Both the position numbers and the translations under genes were made by a program. From Acidimicrobiia bacterium (GTDB lineage Bacteria > Actinomycetota > Acidimicrobiia > IMCC26256 > JAMXLJ01): a DNA stretch of 64,000 nt. The notes beneath the pieces were generated by a model. The model saw only the letters and a program-made list of their open reading frames with translations, made no database searches and was not told the origin of the DNA. This document shows positions 9,295 through 18,858 of this stretch, one piece after another; the stretch's first letter is position 1; each line of letters opens with the position of its first letter. The DNA lies in NCBI GenBank assembly GCA_024281095.1, contig JAMXLJ010000157.1, forward strand, positions 20,183 to 84,182, given 5' to 3'.

Positions 9295-10266
9295 ATGGAT
9301 TTCGAACTCGACGAGGACGAGGCGGCGCTCCAAGAAGGGGTGCGGAAGCTCTGCGAGGGCCGGTTCCCCATGGAGCGCGTGCGCGCCGCGCAACCGGGCG
9401 CGGGCGTCGACCGTGACGGCTGGCGCGAGCTCGCGGACGCCGGGGTGTTCGCGCTGCGCATGCCCGAAGCCGAGGGTGGGGTCGGTCTCGGGATGACGGA
9501 GGCGGTCCTCGTGTTCGAGGAGCTCGGGCGGGCGCTCGTCCCCGGGCCGCTCGTGGGCTCGCACCTCGCGGCGGGCATCGTCGACGGCGCGGCCGACGGT
9601 TCGCAGGTGGTGGGCGTGGTCGACGGGCGTGACGAGCCCTTGCTCGTCGAGCACCTACCCGGGCTCGACGTGGTGCTGGTGATCGACGACGACGGCATGC
9701 GCGCCCTCGAGCCGCGTGCGCTCGAGGTCGACGAGGTCGCCAAGCCCCTCGATCCGCTCACACCGGTGTACCGGGTGAGGGGGAAACTGCCGGATGGCGA
9801 CCGTGTGGCGGATCCCGACACGGTTGCCGGCATGGAGACGGAGGGCGCGGCGCTCGTCGCGGCACTCCAGTTGGGCATCGCGGAAGCGGTCACCGACCTC
9901 TCGGTCGCGTACGCGAAGGAGCGCCGGCAGTTCGACCGGCCGATCGGCTCGTTCCAGGCCGTGAAGCACCTGTGCGCCGACATGCTCGTGCGCACCGAGG
10001 TCGCACGCGCGGCGGTCTACGCAGCCGGCGTCATCCTCGACGACCCGGGCGTCGGTGACGCGCAACGCGCGGTGCACGCGGCCAAGGTCACCGCGGGCGA
10101 CGCCGCGGTGCGCAACGGCAAAGCTGCGATCCAGGTGCACGGCGGCATGGGGTTCACGTGGGAGGTCGACGCACACCTCTACCTCAAGCGCGCCTGGTGG
10201 CTCGACACGGTGCTCGGGTCACCCGACATCCACGCGACCGCGATCGCGTCCACTCTGACGCGGTAG
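9295..10266 (+). CDS. acyl-CoA dehydrogenase family protein, short beta-subunit type
   Basis: ATG9295 gives 323 aa (MDFELDEDEAALQEG...). Resembles 16836 and 32343. The upstream part of ORF 8986..10266 overlaps the previous gene. Confidence 0.75.
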   Translation: MDFELDEDEAALQEGVRKLCEGRFPMERVRAAQPGAGVDRDGWRELADAGVFALRMPEAEGGVGLGMTEAVLVFEELGRALVPGPLVGSHLAAGIVDGAADGSQVVGVVDGRDEPLLVEHLPGLDVVLVIDDDGMRALEPRALEVDEVAKPLDPLTPVYRVRGKLPDGDRVADPDTVAGMETEGAALVAALQLGIAEAVTDLSVAYAKERRQFDRPIGSFQAVKHLCADMLVRTEVARAAVYAAGVILDDPGVGDAQRAVHAAKVTAGDAAVRNGKAAIQVHGGMGFTWEVDAHLYLKRAWWLDTVLGSPDIHATAIASTLTR

Positions 10267-10275
10267 GTTCCGCCG

Positions 10276-11454
10276 ATGGAGCTCGAGCTCAGCCCTGATC
10301 AGCAGGCTCTGCAGCGCGAGCTGCGCGGCTACTTCGAGGGCCTGATGACGTCGGAGCGCCGGGACCGTCTCGGCACGGGCGCGGAGGCGTTCGGCCCTGC
10401 GTACCGCGATGTCGTGCGCCAGATGGGTCGCGACGGATGGCTCGGCGTCGGCTGGCCGAAGGAGTACGGCGGTCAGGGTCGCTCGCCGCTCGAGCAGTAC
10501 ATCTTCTTCGACGAGGCCCAGCGGGCGGGCGTGCCCGTCCCGTTGGTCACGCTCAACACCGTCGGGCCCACGCTGATGCGTTTCGGGAACGACGAGCAGA
10601 AGGCGTACTTCCTGCCGCGCATCCTGGCCGGCGAGCTGCACTTCGCCATCGGCTACAGCGAGCCCAGCGCGGGCACGGACCTCGCGTCGCTGCGTACACG
10701 GGCCGTTCGCGATGGCGACGAGTACGTGGTCAACGGGAACAAGATCTTCACCACCGGCGCGCACGACGCGGACTGGATCTGGCTCGCGTGCCGCACCGAC
10801 CCCGACGCGCCGAAGCACAAGGGCATCTCGATCCTGCTCGTCGACACGTCGCTGCCCGGGTTCAAGCACTCACCGATCTGGCTGCTGGGCGGCGGGCACA
10901 CCAACGCGACGTACTACGAAGACGTGCGCGTCCCCGCGTCGAATCTCGTCGGCAACGAGAACGAAGGCTGGAAGATGATCACGACCCAGCTCAACCACGA
11001 GCGGGTCGCGCTTGCGCCGGCGGGCCAGACCGCGCGCCACCTCGTCGAGGTGAGCGAGTGGGCCCGGCAGACGGAGCTCGCCGACGGCTCGCGCGTCATC
11101 GACCAGGAGTGGGTGCAGCTGGCACTCGGGCGCGTGCACGCGAAGGTCGAGGTGTTGAAGCTCGCGAACTGGCGGGTCGCCACGAGCCTCGCCGAGGGCG
11201 CGCTGAACCCGGCGGAGGCCTCCGCGATGAAGGTCTTCGGCACCGAGTTGCGCGTCGAGGCCGGCCGGATCCTGATGGAGGTGGTCGGCGCGCCGGCCTA
11301 CCTGAAGGAAGGGTCACCGGGAGCGGTGCTGCGCAGCGAGCTCGAGCGCGCGTACCGGCATGCGCCCGTCGGCACGTTCGGCGGGGGCGTGAACGAGGTG
11401 CAGCGGGAGATCATCGCAATGGCGGGGCTCGACATGCCCCGCGCCCCGCGTTAG
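10276..11454 (+). CDS. acyl-CoA dehydrogenase, alpha-subunit type (GWLGVGWPKEYGG class)
   Basis: 392 aa. Close paralog of 15640, 30153 and 53913. Confidence 0.85.
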   Translation: MELELSPDQQALQRELRGYFEGLMTSERRDRLGTGAEAFGPAYRDVVRQMGRDGWLGVGWPKEYGGQGRSPLEQYIFFDEAQRAGVPVPLVTLNTVGPTLMRFGNDEQKAYFLPRILAGELHFAIGYSEPSAGTDLASLRTRAVRDGDEYVVNGNKIFTTGAHDADWIWLACRTDPDAPKHKGISILLVDTSLPGFKHSPIWLLGGGHTNATYYEDVRVPASNLVGNENEGWKMITTQLNHERVALAPAGQTARHLVEVSEWARQTELADGSRVIDQEWVQLALGRVHAKVEVLKLANWRVATSLAEGALNPAEASAMKVFGTELRVEAGRILMEVVGAPAYLKEGSPGAVLRSELERAYRHAPVGTFGGGVNEVQREIIAMAGLDMPRAPR

Positions 11455-11458
11455 CGGC

Positions 11459-12373
11459 TCAGCCGATGGCGATCGGGTTCACCGGGCTGCCGGTGCCGCC
11501 GACGACGGGCAGCGGCGCGACGACGAACAGCGACTCGTAGCAACGGTCGGCTGCCATCTCGGCCAGCATGAGGTGCTCGATCAGCGGCAGGCCCAGCTTC
11601 ACGAGCAGCTCGATGTGGACGCCGAGGAAGCGGTTGTCGTCGAACGGGATCGCCTCGACCGCGCTGTTGTCGGAGCCGACCGCGGCGACGTCGAGCTGCG
11701 CGATCGTGCGGCACGCGTCGAGGCCGATGCCCGGTTGGAGCAGCAGCGCATCGTCGCCGCCGCGTGCCGCCGCGTCGAGATACCCGTCGATCCAGCCCGT
11801 GCGCACGAGAAGGATGTCGCCGGCCCGGATCTCGACGCCCTCGTGGCGCGCGCATTCCAGCAGCTCGTCACCCGTGAAGATGCGGGGCGCCTCCACCCGC
11901 TCGACGCCGAGGAACGACGGCATGTCGAGCAACACGGCGCGTCCCACGATCGACTGCACCTTGTCGATGCCGAGCCTCGTCGCGCCGGCCGCCGCGCTCA
12001 CGGTCTCGGCCGGGAAGCCGTTGTAGAGCTGCCGCTCGGAGAAGACGTGGCACAACGCGTCCATGTGCGTCTCGTTGTGCGACGCCATGACGATGACGTC
12101 CTCGTTCGCACCCACGTGGTCGGGCGCGCCGTACGCCTCGAACATGCCGACGTCGCTCTGGTGCGTGAGCGCGAGACGCATGGGCGCGCCGCGGTAGTCG
12201 AGGAGCGGCACCCCCTGACGCTGAATCGGCAGAGCGAGGCTGTACGTCTTCCCCGTCTTGCACGCTCCGGCCGCGGCAAGCACGCGCTCGGGCGTCAGCA
12301 GGTTGAGCGTGCCACGCTCGTCGTCGTCGCCCCAACGCCCCCAGTTCCCGACTCGCTCGCGAGTCGGTGTCAT
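11459..12373 (-). CDS. cyclase family protein (kynurenine formamidase-like fold)
   Basis: MTPTRERVGNWGRWGDDDERGTLNLL... with an HxGTHxD-like segment (NETHMDALCH). Its ATG overlaps the P450 stop (ATGA). Confidence 0.65.
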   Translation of the reverse strand: MTPTRERVGNWGRWGDDDERGTLNLLTPERVLAAAGACKTGKTYSLALPIQRQGVPLLDYRGAPMRLALTHQSDVGMFEAYGAPDHVGANEDVIVMASHNETHMDALCHVFSERQLYNGFPAETVSAAAGATRLGIDKVQSIVGRAVLLDMPSFLGVERVEAPRIFTGDELLECARHEGVEIRAGDILLVRTGWIDGYLDAAARGGDDALLLQPGIGLDACRTIAQLDVAAVGSDNSAVEAIPFDDNRFLGVHIELLVKLGLPLIEHLMLAEMAADRCYESLFVVAPLPVVGGTGSPVNPIAIG

Positions 12374-13587
12374 CGCTTCACGTCGAATTTGATCGGGAGG
12401 TGCTTGATGCCGTTGATGAAGTTGGAGCGGAGACGCTTCGGCTCGTCGGTGAGCTCGATGTCGTCGAGGCGGTCGAGCACCGCGTCGAACATGACACGAA
12501 TCTCGAGGCGGGCCAGGTTGGAGCCGAGGCAGAAGTGCGGGCCGCCGCCACCGAACGCGACGTGCTCGTTGGGCGTCCGCGTGATGTCGAACGTGTAGGG
12601 GTCGCTGAACACGGACTCGTCGCGGTTGGCGGAGATGTACCAGATGACGACCTTGTCGTTCTCCTTGACAGGGTGACCGCAGACGTCGGTATCGCGCGTC
12701 GCGGTGCGCCGGAAATGCATCACCGGGGTGCCCCACCGCAGCATCTCGTCGACCGCACCCGGCATGAGCGAGCGGTCGTCGCGAAGCTTCTTCATCTGAT
12801 CGGGATGCTCGATCAGGGCCAGCATTCCGTGTGCGATGAGGTTGCGCGTCGTCTCGTTGCCCGCGACTGCGAGGAGCATGAAGAACATGTCGAGCTCGAG
12901 CTCAGTGAGCTTGTCGCCGTCGATCTCGACCTGGTTGAGCACGCTGAAGACGTCGTCGTGCGGGTTGACGCGCTTCTCGGCGGCGAGCTCGTGCGCGTAC
13001 GTGAAGAGCTCCATTGCGGCCTGCTGCGGCGCGTCGACGGCAACCTGGTACTCGGGGTCTTCGGAGCCGATCATCCGGTTGCTCCAGTCGAACACCTTGT
13101 GACGGTCTTCCTGGGGCACGCCCATGACGTCGGCGATCACTTGGAGCGGCAGCTCGGCCGCGACCTCGGTCACGAAGTCGCACGCGCCCTTGTCGGCGAC
13201 TTCGTCGATGATGCGTGCACAACGCTCACGCATCTGCTCCTCGAGCTTACCGACCATGCGCGGCGTGAAGCCCTTGTTGACGAGGAGCCGATACCGCGTG
13301 TGCATCGGAGGGTCCATGTTGAGCATCATCATCCGCTGCTGCGCGAGGTCTTCCTCTGGCATCTCGGTGATGAGCGCGGATCGACGTGCGGAGGAGAATC
13401 GCTCGATGTCGCGGTTCACCTCCACGACGCCCTCGTAGTTCGTGACGGCCCAGAAGCCGTTGCCGCCCGGCTCGTCTTCCTCGTGCCAGAACACCGGGGC
13501 CTCGCGGCGCAGGGTGTCGAAGATCTCGAAGGGCACCCGGGGCACGTACTGGTCGCGTTCGACGAGGTTGATGTCGCTGAGTCGCAT
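12370..13587 (-). CDS. cytochrome P450 (CYP125/CYP124-like)
   Basis: Start MRLSDINLV with GGAGG 9 nt upstream. Heme loop FGGGGPHFCLGSNLAR. The N-terminal 65 aa of ORF 12370..13782 are discounted. Confidence 0.85.
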   Translation of the reverse strand: MRLSDINLVERDQYVPRVPFEIFDTLRREAPVFWHEEDEPGGNGFWAVTNYEGVVEVNRDIERFSSARRSALITEMPEEDLAQQRMMMLNMDPPMHTRYRLLVNKGFTPRMVGKLEEQMRERCARIIDEVADKGACDFVTEVAAELPLQVIADVMGVPQEDRHKVFDWSNRMIGSEDPEYQVAVDAPQQAAMELFTYAHELAAEKRVNPHDDVFSVLNQVEIDGDKLTELELDMFFMLLAVAGNETTRNLIAHGMLALIEHPDQMKKLRDDRSLMPGAVDEMLRWGTPVMHFRRTATRDTDVCGHPVKENDKVVIWYISANRDESVFSDPYTFDITRTPNEHVAFGGGGPHFCLGSNLARLEIRVMFDAVLDRLDDIELTDEPKRLRSNFINGIKHLPIKFDVKR

Positions 13588-13640
13588 GTGCGCTTCCTCC
13601 AGAGGGGCGGTGTCGAGCGGTCGCGTGCCGCGCCGACGGT

Positions 13641-14741
13641 TCAGGCGAAGGCCGGCAGGACGTGCCTTCCCAGAAGCTCGATGGATTGCATCACCTTCTC
13701 GTGCGGGATCTTGTACGGGTTCACGAGGCACAGCAGCAGGTCGCAACCCGCGGCCTCGTAACGCTTCGCCGTCTCGATGCACTCGTCGGGATCGCCCACC
13801 ACCGACGCACCCGATTCATGGATGTAGTCGAAGTTGAGATGCTCGAGCGCGCCGGCGCGATGGTGCTCGAGCGGCGCGGCTGCATAGCTGTACGTGCCGA
13901 GGTCGGTGCCCTCGAGCCACTCGGCCACGGACCCGATGAGCCACGAGCCGCGGCGCACGTACCAGACGAAGCTCTCGGCCGCGACTTCGTACGCCTCCTG
14001 CTTCGTGGGCGCGCAGTGCACCATCGTGAAGGTCGCGGCCTGGTCGTTCACGAACTTGCCGACGGGATCCGCGCACTCCGACAGGCCCTGGCGGTACAGC
14101 GCGATGCGCTCGGTGAGCTCCTCGGGCGGCACGCCGACCGTGAAGGAGCAGAGTCCGATGCCGTGCCGTCCGATCTCGCGGTGACCGTCGGGGCTGCTGG
14201 TCGCGCCCCAGATGGGCGGGTGCGGCTTCTGGAGCGGCTTCGGCTGCACTCGGCGCGGCCCGCCCATCCGCCAGTACTTGCCGTCGGCCTGGTACTCCTC
14301 CTCCGTCCACGCCGAGACGATGTGGCGCAATGCCTCGCTCCACATCGCGCGCGTCTCGTGCGGGCTCACGTCGAAGCCCTCGAGCTCGGCGCGCGTCGAC
14401 GAGCGCCCGGTGCCGAACTCGACGCGACCGTCGCTGACGAGGTCGAGCACCGCGACCGACTCGGCGGTGCGGATCGGATGGTTGTAGGGCTTCGGGAGGA
14501 GGCGGACGCCGTAGCCGAGGCGGATGTTCTTCGTCTGCGCGGCGATCGCGCCGTAGAGCACCTCGGGGTTCGAGCAGTGCGAGTACTCCTCGAGGAAGTG
14601 ATGCTCGACGGTCCAGAACGAGTGGAACCCCATCTTGTCGCCGAGGATCGCCTGCTCGATCGTGTTCTTGTACGCCCGGTGCTCGCTCTCCGCGTCCCAT
14701 GGGCGGGCCACGGGAATCTCGTAGAAGAGGGCGAACTTCAT
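13641..14741 (-). CDS. LLM-class flavin/F420-dependent oxidoreductase
   Basis: MKFALFYEIP...FHSFWTVEHHFLEEYSHCSNPEVL is a luciferase-like TIM barrel. The rest of ORF 13641..15302 is antisense to the SDR gene. Confidence 0.8.
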   Translation of the reverse strand: MKFALFYEIPVARPWDAESEHRAYKNTIEQAILGDKMGFHSFWTVEHHFLEEYSHCSNPEVLYGAIAAQTKNIRLGYGVRLLPKPYNHPIRTAESVAVLDLVSDGRVEFGTGRSSTRAELEGFDVSPHETRAMWSEALRHIVSAWTEEEYQADGKYWRMGGPRRVQPKPLQKPHPPIWGATSSPDGHREIGRHGIGLCSFTVGVPPEELTERIALYRQGLSECADPVGKFVNDQAATFTMVHCAPTKQEAYEVAAESFVWYVRRGSWLIGSVAEWLEGTDLGTYSYAAAPLEHHRAGALEHLNFDYIHESGASVVGDPDECIETAKRYEAAGCDLLLCLVNPYKIPHEKVMQSIELLGRHVLPAFA

Positions 14742-14767
14742 GGCAGCGACCCCCGCTCGTTTGACGG

Positions 14768-14781
14768 TAGAACGCGTTTCA
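14768..14781. promoter_or_regulatory. KstR-type operator candidate TAGAACGCGTTTCA
   Basis: Perfect fit to TnnAACnnGTTnnA, in the 85-nt divergent gap between the LLM-P450-cyclase operon (-) and the SDR gene (+). Confidence 0.6.
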
Positions 14782-14826
14782 ATCCAGCATAGGCCCGGCC
14801 GCGACGGGGGTGCATGCGGGTGAGAC

Positions 14827-15591
14827 ATGAGCAGGCTTGACGGGCGGGTTGCCCTGGTGACGGGGGCCGCGTCCGGGCTCGGCCTCGCCTGTGCGACCCG
14901 GTTCGCGGCCGAGGGGGCGCAGGTGTTCGGCGTCGACCTGCACCAGCCCGACGAATGGCCCGGCGCGCGGTTCCACGTCGTCGACGTCGCCGACGAGGAC
15001 GCGGTGGCGCGCACGATCTCCGACGTCGTGCAGGAGCACGGCCGCCTCGACGCGGTCTGCAACGCGGCCGGTGTCGCCGGCGGCGGGCCGGTGCACCTCG
15101 TGCCGCTCGCGGAATGGGAGCGCGTGCTGCGCGTCAACCTCACCGGCACGTTCCTCGTGTGCAAGCACGCAGTCGTCCCGATGATGGACCAGGGCTCGGG
15201 CAGCATCGTCAACTTCGCGAGCATCGAAGGGATCGAAGGCACCGAGGGCGGCAGCGCGTACAACGCGTCGAAGGGCGCGGTCGTGATCCTGACGAAGAAC
15301 ATGGCGATCGACTACGGCCGGCGCGGTGTCCGCGTGAACTGCATCTGCCCGGGGTTCATCGAGACGCCGATGTTCCGGTCGGTGATGGACAACGAGGGCA
15401 TGGCGAAGTATCGGGAGCGCTATCGCGACGAGCACAAGCTCGGCCGCTTCGGGCGCCCCGAGGAGATCGCCGGTGCGGCCCTCTTCCTCGTCTCCGACGA
15501 CGCCAGCTTCGTCACCGGCCACGCGCTCGTGGTCGACGGCGGCTTCACGGCGGGCATGCGGGCCGGGGTGCTGGAGGGCCTGGGCCTCTGA
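14827..15591 (+). CDS. SDR family oxidoreductase
   Basis: 254 aa with TGAASGLG and YNASK motifs. Confidence 0.85.
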   Translation: MSRLDGRVALVTGAASGLGLACATRFAAEGAQVFGVDLHQPDEWPGARFHVVDVADEDAVARTISDVVQEHGRLDAVCNAAGVAGGGPVHLVPLAEWERVLRVNLTGTFLVCKHAVVPMMDQGSGSIVNFASIEGIEGTEGGSAYNASKGAVVILTKNMAIDYGRRGVRVNCICPGFIETPMFRSVMDNEGMAKYRERYRDEHKLGRFGRPEEIAGAALFLVSDDASFVTGHALVVDGGFTAGMRAGVLEGLGL

Positions 15592-15603
15592 GCGCGACGC
15601 CCA

Positions 15604-15617
15604 TGTAACGTGTTTCA
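15604..15617. promoter_or_regulatory. KstR-type operator candidate TGTAACGTGTTTCA
   Basis: Perfect fit to TnnAACnnGTTnnA, ending 22 nt upstream of the ATG15640 of an ACAD pair. Confidence 0.6.
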
Positions 15618-15639
15618 GCCAGGTGCCGAGGAGGACCCG

Positions 15640-16815
15640 ATGCGGATCGGATACACCGACGAGCAGCAGGCGCTGCGAGACGAACTGCGCGCCTACTACG
15701 ACGGGCTGCTCACCCCGGAGGTGCGGGACAAGCTGTCGCACAGCGGCGGCATCGGGCCCGAGATGCGCAAGGTCGTCCGCCAAATGGGCGAAGACGGATG
15801 GCTCGGCGTGGGCTGGCCGAAGGAGTACGGCGGGCGCGGGTTCTCGGCGCTCGAGCAATTCGTGTTCTTCGACGAGTCCATGCGCGCGGGCGCTCCGGTG
15901 CCCATGCTGACGATCAACACCGTCGGGCCGACGATCATGCATTTCGGCACCGAGGAGCAGAAGAACTTCTTCCTGCCGAAGATCGTGAAGGGCGAGATCC
16001 ACTTCTGCATCGGCTACACGGAGCCGGGCGCGGGCACCGACCTCGCGGCCCTGAAGACGAAGGCCGTGCGCGACGGTGACGAGTACATCATCAACGGCCA
16101 GAAGATCTTCACGAGCCTGGCCGGCGACGCCGATTACGTGTGGCTCGCGGTACGCACGAACCCCGAGGTGAAGAAGCACAAGGGCATCTCGCTCTTCGTC
16201 GTACCGATGGACACTCCGGGCATCAAGGTCGTGCCCATGAAGCTCCTCGGCGAGCACGACATCAACCAGGTCTTCTACGAAGACGTGCGCGTACCGGCGA
16301 CCGCGCTCGTCGGAGGCGAGAACAACGGTTGGGGCCTCATCACGAGCCAGCTCAACCGCGAGCGGGTGACGCTGTGCTCGTCCGGCATCATCGAGCGCTC
16401 GCTCGCCGACGTGCGTGAGTGGGCGCAGCAGACGAAGCTCGCCGACGGGCGCCGCGTGATCGACCAGGAGTGGGTGCAGATGCATCTCGCGCGCGTGCAC
16501 GCGAAGCTCGAGTTCCTGCGCCTCGCCAACTGGCAGGTCGCGTGGCAGGCGACCAAGGGCACGCTCGACGTCGCCGCTGCCTCGACCATCAAGGTGTTCG
16601 GCACCGAGTTCTACCTCGAGGCGTTCCGGCTCCTGATGGAGGTCATCGGGCCCCGCTCGTATCTGCGGGAAGGCACGCCCGAATCGGTGCTCAAGAGCCG
16701 CCTCGAGTTGAACTACCGCAGCCTCATCATCCTGACGTTCGGCGGCGGTGTGAACGAGGTGCAGCGCGACCTCATTTCCGTGTTCGGCCTCGGCATGCCG
16801 ATGGCAGCCCGATAG
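15640..16815 (+). CDS. acyl-CoA dehydrogenase, alpha-subunit type
   Basis: ATG15640 is preceded by GAGGAG. Sequence MRIGYTDEQQALRDELRAYYDGLLTPEV...; paralog of 10276, 30153 and 53913. Confidence 0.85.
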   Translation: MRIGYTDEQQALRDELRAYYDGLLTPEVRDKLSHSGGIGPEMRKVVRQMGEDGWLGVGWPKEYGGRGFSALEQFVFFDESMRAGAPVPMLTINTVGPTIMHFGTEEQKNFFLPKIVKGEIHFCIGYTEPGAGTDLAALKTKAVRDGDEYIINGQKIFTSLAGDADYVWLAVRTNPEVKKHKGISLFVVPMDTPGIKVVPMKLLGEHDINQVFYEDVRVPATALVGGENNGWGLITSQLNRERVTLCSSGIIERSLADVREWAQQTKLADGRRVIDQEWVQMHLARVHAKLEFLRLANWQVAWQATKGTLDVAAASTIKVFGTEFYLEAFRLLMEVIGPRSYLREGTPESVLKSRLELNYRSLIILTFGGGVNEVQRDLISVFGLGMPMAAR

Positions 16816-16835
16816 ACGGGAGCGGAGCAAGAGAC

Positions 16836-17957
16836 ATGGATTTCTCCTTTTCCGAAGAGCAGGAAGCGGTTCGGGATCTCGCCAAGCAGATCCTCGAAGG
16901 GCAGGCGACGCACGAGCGGCTCAAGGAGCTCGAGGCGGGCGACGAGCGCTTCGACCGGAAGCTGTGGCAGGAGCTCGCCAACGCGGGTCTGATCGGGATC
17001 GCGTTGCCCGAGGCGGTTGGTGGCGCGGGCCAGAGCTTCCTGGCCGCGGCGCTGTTGCTCGAGCAGGTCGGCCGTACGGTGGCGATGGTCCCCGTGCTGC
17101 CGACGGTGGTGATGGGTGCGATGCCGATCGCGAAGTTCGGCACCGAGGAGCAGCAGCAGCGCTACCTGCCCGGCGTGGCGTCGGGCGACGTCGTGCTCAC
17201 CGCCGCACTCACCGAGTTCGGCACCGATCCGTTGCAGCCGACCACCACGGCCAAGCGGGCCGGCGACGGCTGGAGTCTGGACGGTGTGAAGGAAGAGGTG
17301 GCCGCGGGGCTCATCGCGGATGCCGTCCTCGTGCCCGCGTCCACCGACGACGGCGCCGTCGCCGTCTTCATCGTCGACCCGAAGGCCGGCGGCGTCACGA
17401 TCGAACGCCAGGACACGACGAGCGGCATACCCGAGGCTCGCATCACGCTGTCGGGTGTCACCGTCGGTGCCGGCGACGTGCTCGGCGACGTGACTGGCGG
17501 CGCGTCCGTTCTCGAATGGATCGTCGACCACACCACCGCTGCGTTGTGCGCGACGGCAGTGGGCGTCTGCGAAGAGGCGTTGCGCATGACCGCCGAGTAC
17601 ACGAAGACGCGCGAGCAGTTCGAGCGTCCCATTGCCACGTTCCAGGCGGTGGGTCAGCGCGCGGCCGACGCGTACATCGACACCGAGGCGGTGCGGCTGA
17701 CCGCGTGGCAGGCGGTGTGGCGCCTCGATGCCGGCTTGCCCGCGACGGCCGAGGTCGCGGTGGCGAAGTTCTGGGCGTCGGAAGGTGGCCAGCGCGTCGT
17801 GCACGCGGCGCAGCACCTGCACGGCGGCATGGGCGTCGATCGCGACTACCCATTGCACCGGTACTTCCTGTGGGCGAAGCAGATCGAGCTGACGCTCGGG
17901 AGCGAGACGCCGCAGTTGCGCAAGCTCGGAGCCATGCTCGCAGCCGAACCCGTGTAG
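16836..17957 (+). CDS. acyl-CoA dehydrogenase family protein, beta-subunit type
   Basis: ATG16836 gives 373 aa (MDFSFSEEQEAVRDLAKQILEG...). Near-identical N-terminal pattern to 32343. Confidence 0.8.
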   Translation: MDFSFSEEQEAVRDLAKQILEGQATHERLKELEAGDERFDRKLWQELANAGLIGIALPEAVGGAGQSFLAAALLLEQVGRTVAMVPVLPTVVMGAMPIAKFGTEEQQQRYLPGVASGDVVLTAALTEFGTDPLQPTTTAKRAGDGWSLDGVKEEVAAGLIADAVLVPASTDDGAVAVFIVDPKAGGVTIERQDTTSGIPEARITLSGVTVGAGDVLGDVTGGASVLEWIVDHTTAALCATAVGVCEEALRMTAEYTKTREQFERPIATFQAVGQRAADAYIDTEAVRLTAWQAVWRLDAGLPATAEVAVAKFWASEGGQRVVHAAQHLHGGMGVDRDYPLHRYFLWAKQIELTLGSETPQLRKLGAMLAAEPV

Positions 17958-17968
17958 TCGTACTCCGC

Positions 17969-18841
17969 TTGGATCGACAGCCCCAGCCCATCGTCGTCGA
18001 GCGCGACGGCCTCCACGTCGCCGCGCTCGACTGGGGCGGCGAGGGGCCCGCCCTCCTGTTCCTCCACCCGAACGGCTTTTGCGCGGGGCTGTTCCACCCG
18101 GTCGCGACGCGCGTGCGCGACCGGTTCCGGCCGATCGGCGTCGACCTGCGCGCGCACGGGGGCACCGACGAGCCGCCGACCATCGACGGCTATGCGTTCG
18201 CGCCCATGGCGGCCGATGTGCTCGCCGTGCTCGACGCGCTGGAGGTCGAGTCGGTCGTCGCACTGGGTGAGTCGCTCGGTGGCGGCGTCGCCGTCGTGAT
18301 GGACCGGCTCCGGCCGGGGTTCGTGCGCCGGCTGCTGCTGTGCGAGGCGATCGCGTTCGCACTCGACGAGGTCGCGCGGCCGGCCGGGGAGGGCCCGGGC
18401 GACGGCGGCAACTTCATGGCCGCGATCGCGCGCAAGCGGCGCGCGGTGTGGCCCGACCGCGACGTGATGATCCGGTCGTACGGCAGCCGGCCGCCGCTCG
18501 ACGAGCTCGCGCCGGAAGCCCTCGAGGCGTACGTGCGCTGGGGCACCGTCGAACGTCCCGACGGACAAGTGGAGCTCGCGTGCCGTCCCGAAGCGGAGGC
18601 GACGATCTTCGAGTCCACCGCGGGCCCAGGCGGCGCGCGGGACGCGTGGAACCATCTCGCGTCGCTGCACGCGGAGGCGACGGTTGTCGCGGGCACCCGT
18701 TCGAATCTCCCCCTCGAGTGGTTCGCGGCCCAGTCCGAGCGGGCCGGCTGCCCATTCGTCAAGATCGACGGCGGGCACTTCTTCGTGCAGGAAGACACCG
18801 ATCGCGCCGTCGACCTCGTCGACCGGCACCTCGCTCGTTGA
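17969..18841 (+). CDS. alpha/beta hydrolase
   Basis: LLFLHPNGFCAG and the nucleophile elbow GESLGG. The start is uncertain; TTG17969 is the first candidate after the upstream stop. Confidence 0.7.
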   Translation: MDRQPQPIVVERDGLHVAALDWGGEGPALLFLHPNGFCAGLFHPVATRVRDRFRPIGVDLRAHGGTDEPPTIDGYAFAPMAADVLAVLDALEVESVVALGESLGGGVAVVMDRLRPGFVRRLLLCEAIAFALDEVARPAGEGPGDGGNFMAAIARKRRAVWPDRDVMIRSYGSRPPLDELAPEALEAYVRWGTVERPDGQVELACRPEAEATIFESTAGPGGARDAWNHLASLHAEATVVAGTRSNLPLEWFAAQSERAGCPFVKIDGGHFFVQEDTDRAVDLVDRHLAR

Positions 18842-18858
18842 CCTGAGCGGGTCTCAGG
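18842..18858. terminator. short hairpin spanning convergent stop codons
   Basis: CCTGAG-CGGGT-CTCAGG (6 bp stem, 5 nt loop) between the stop at 18839-41 (+) and the stop at 18854-56 (-). Confidence 0.35.
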
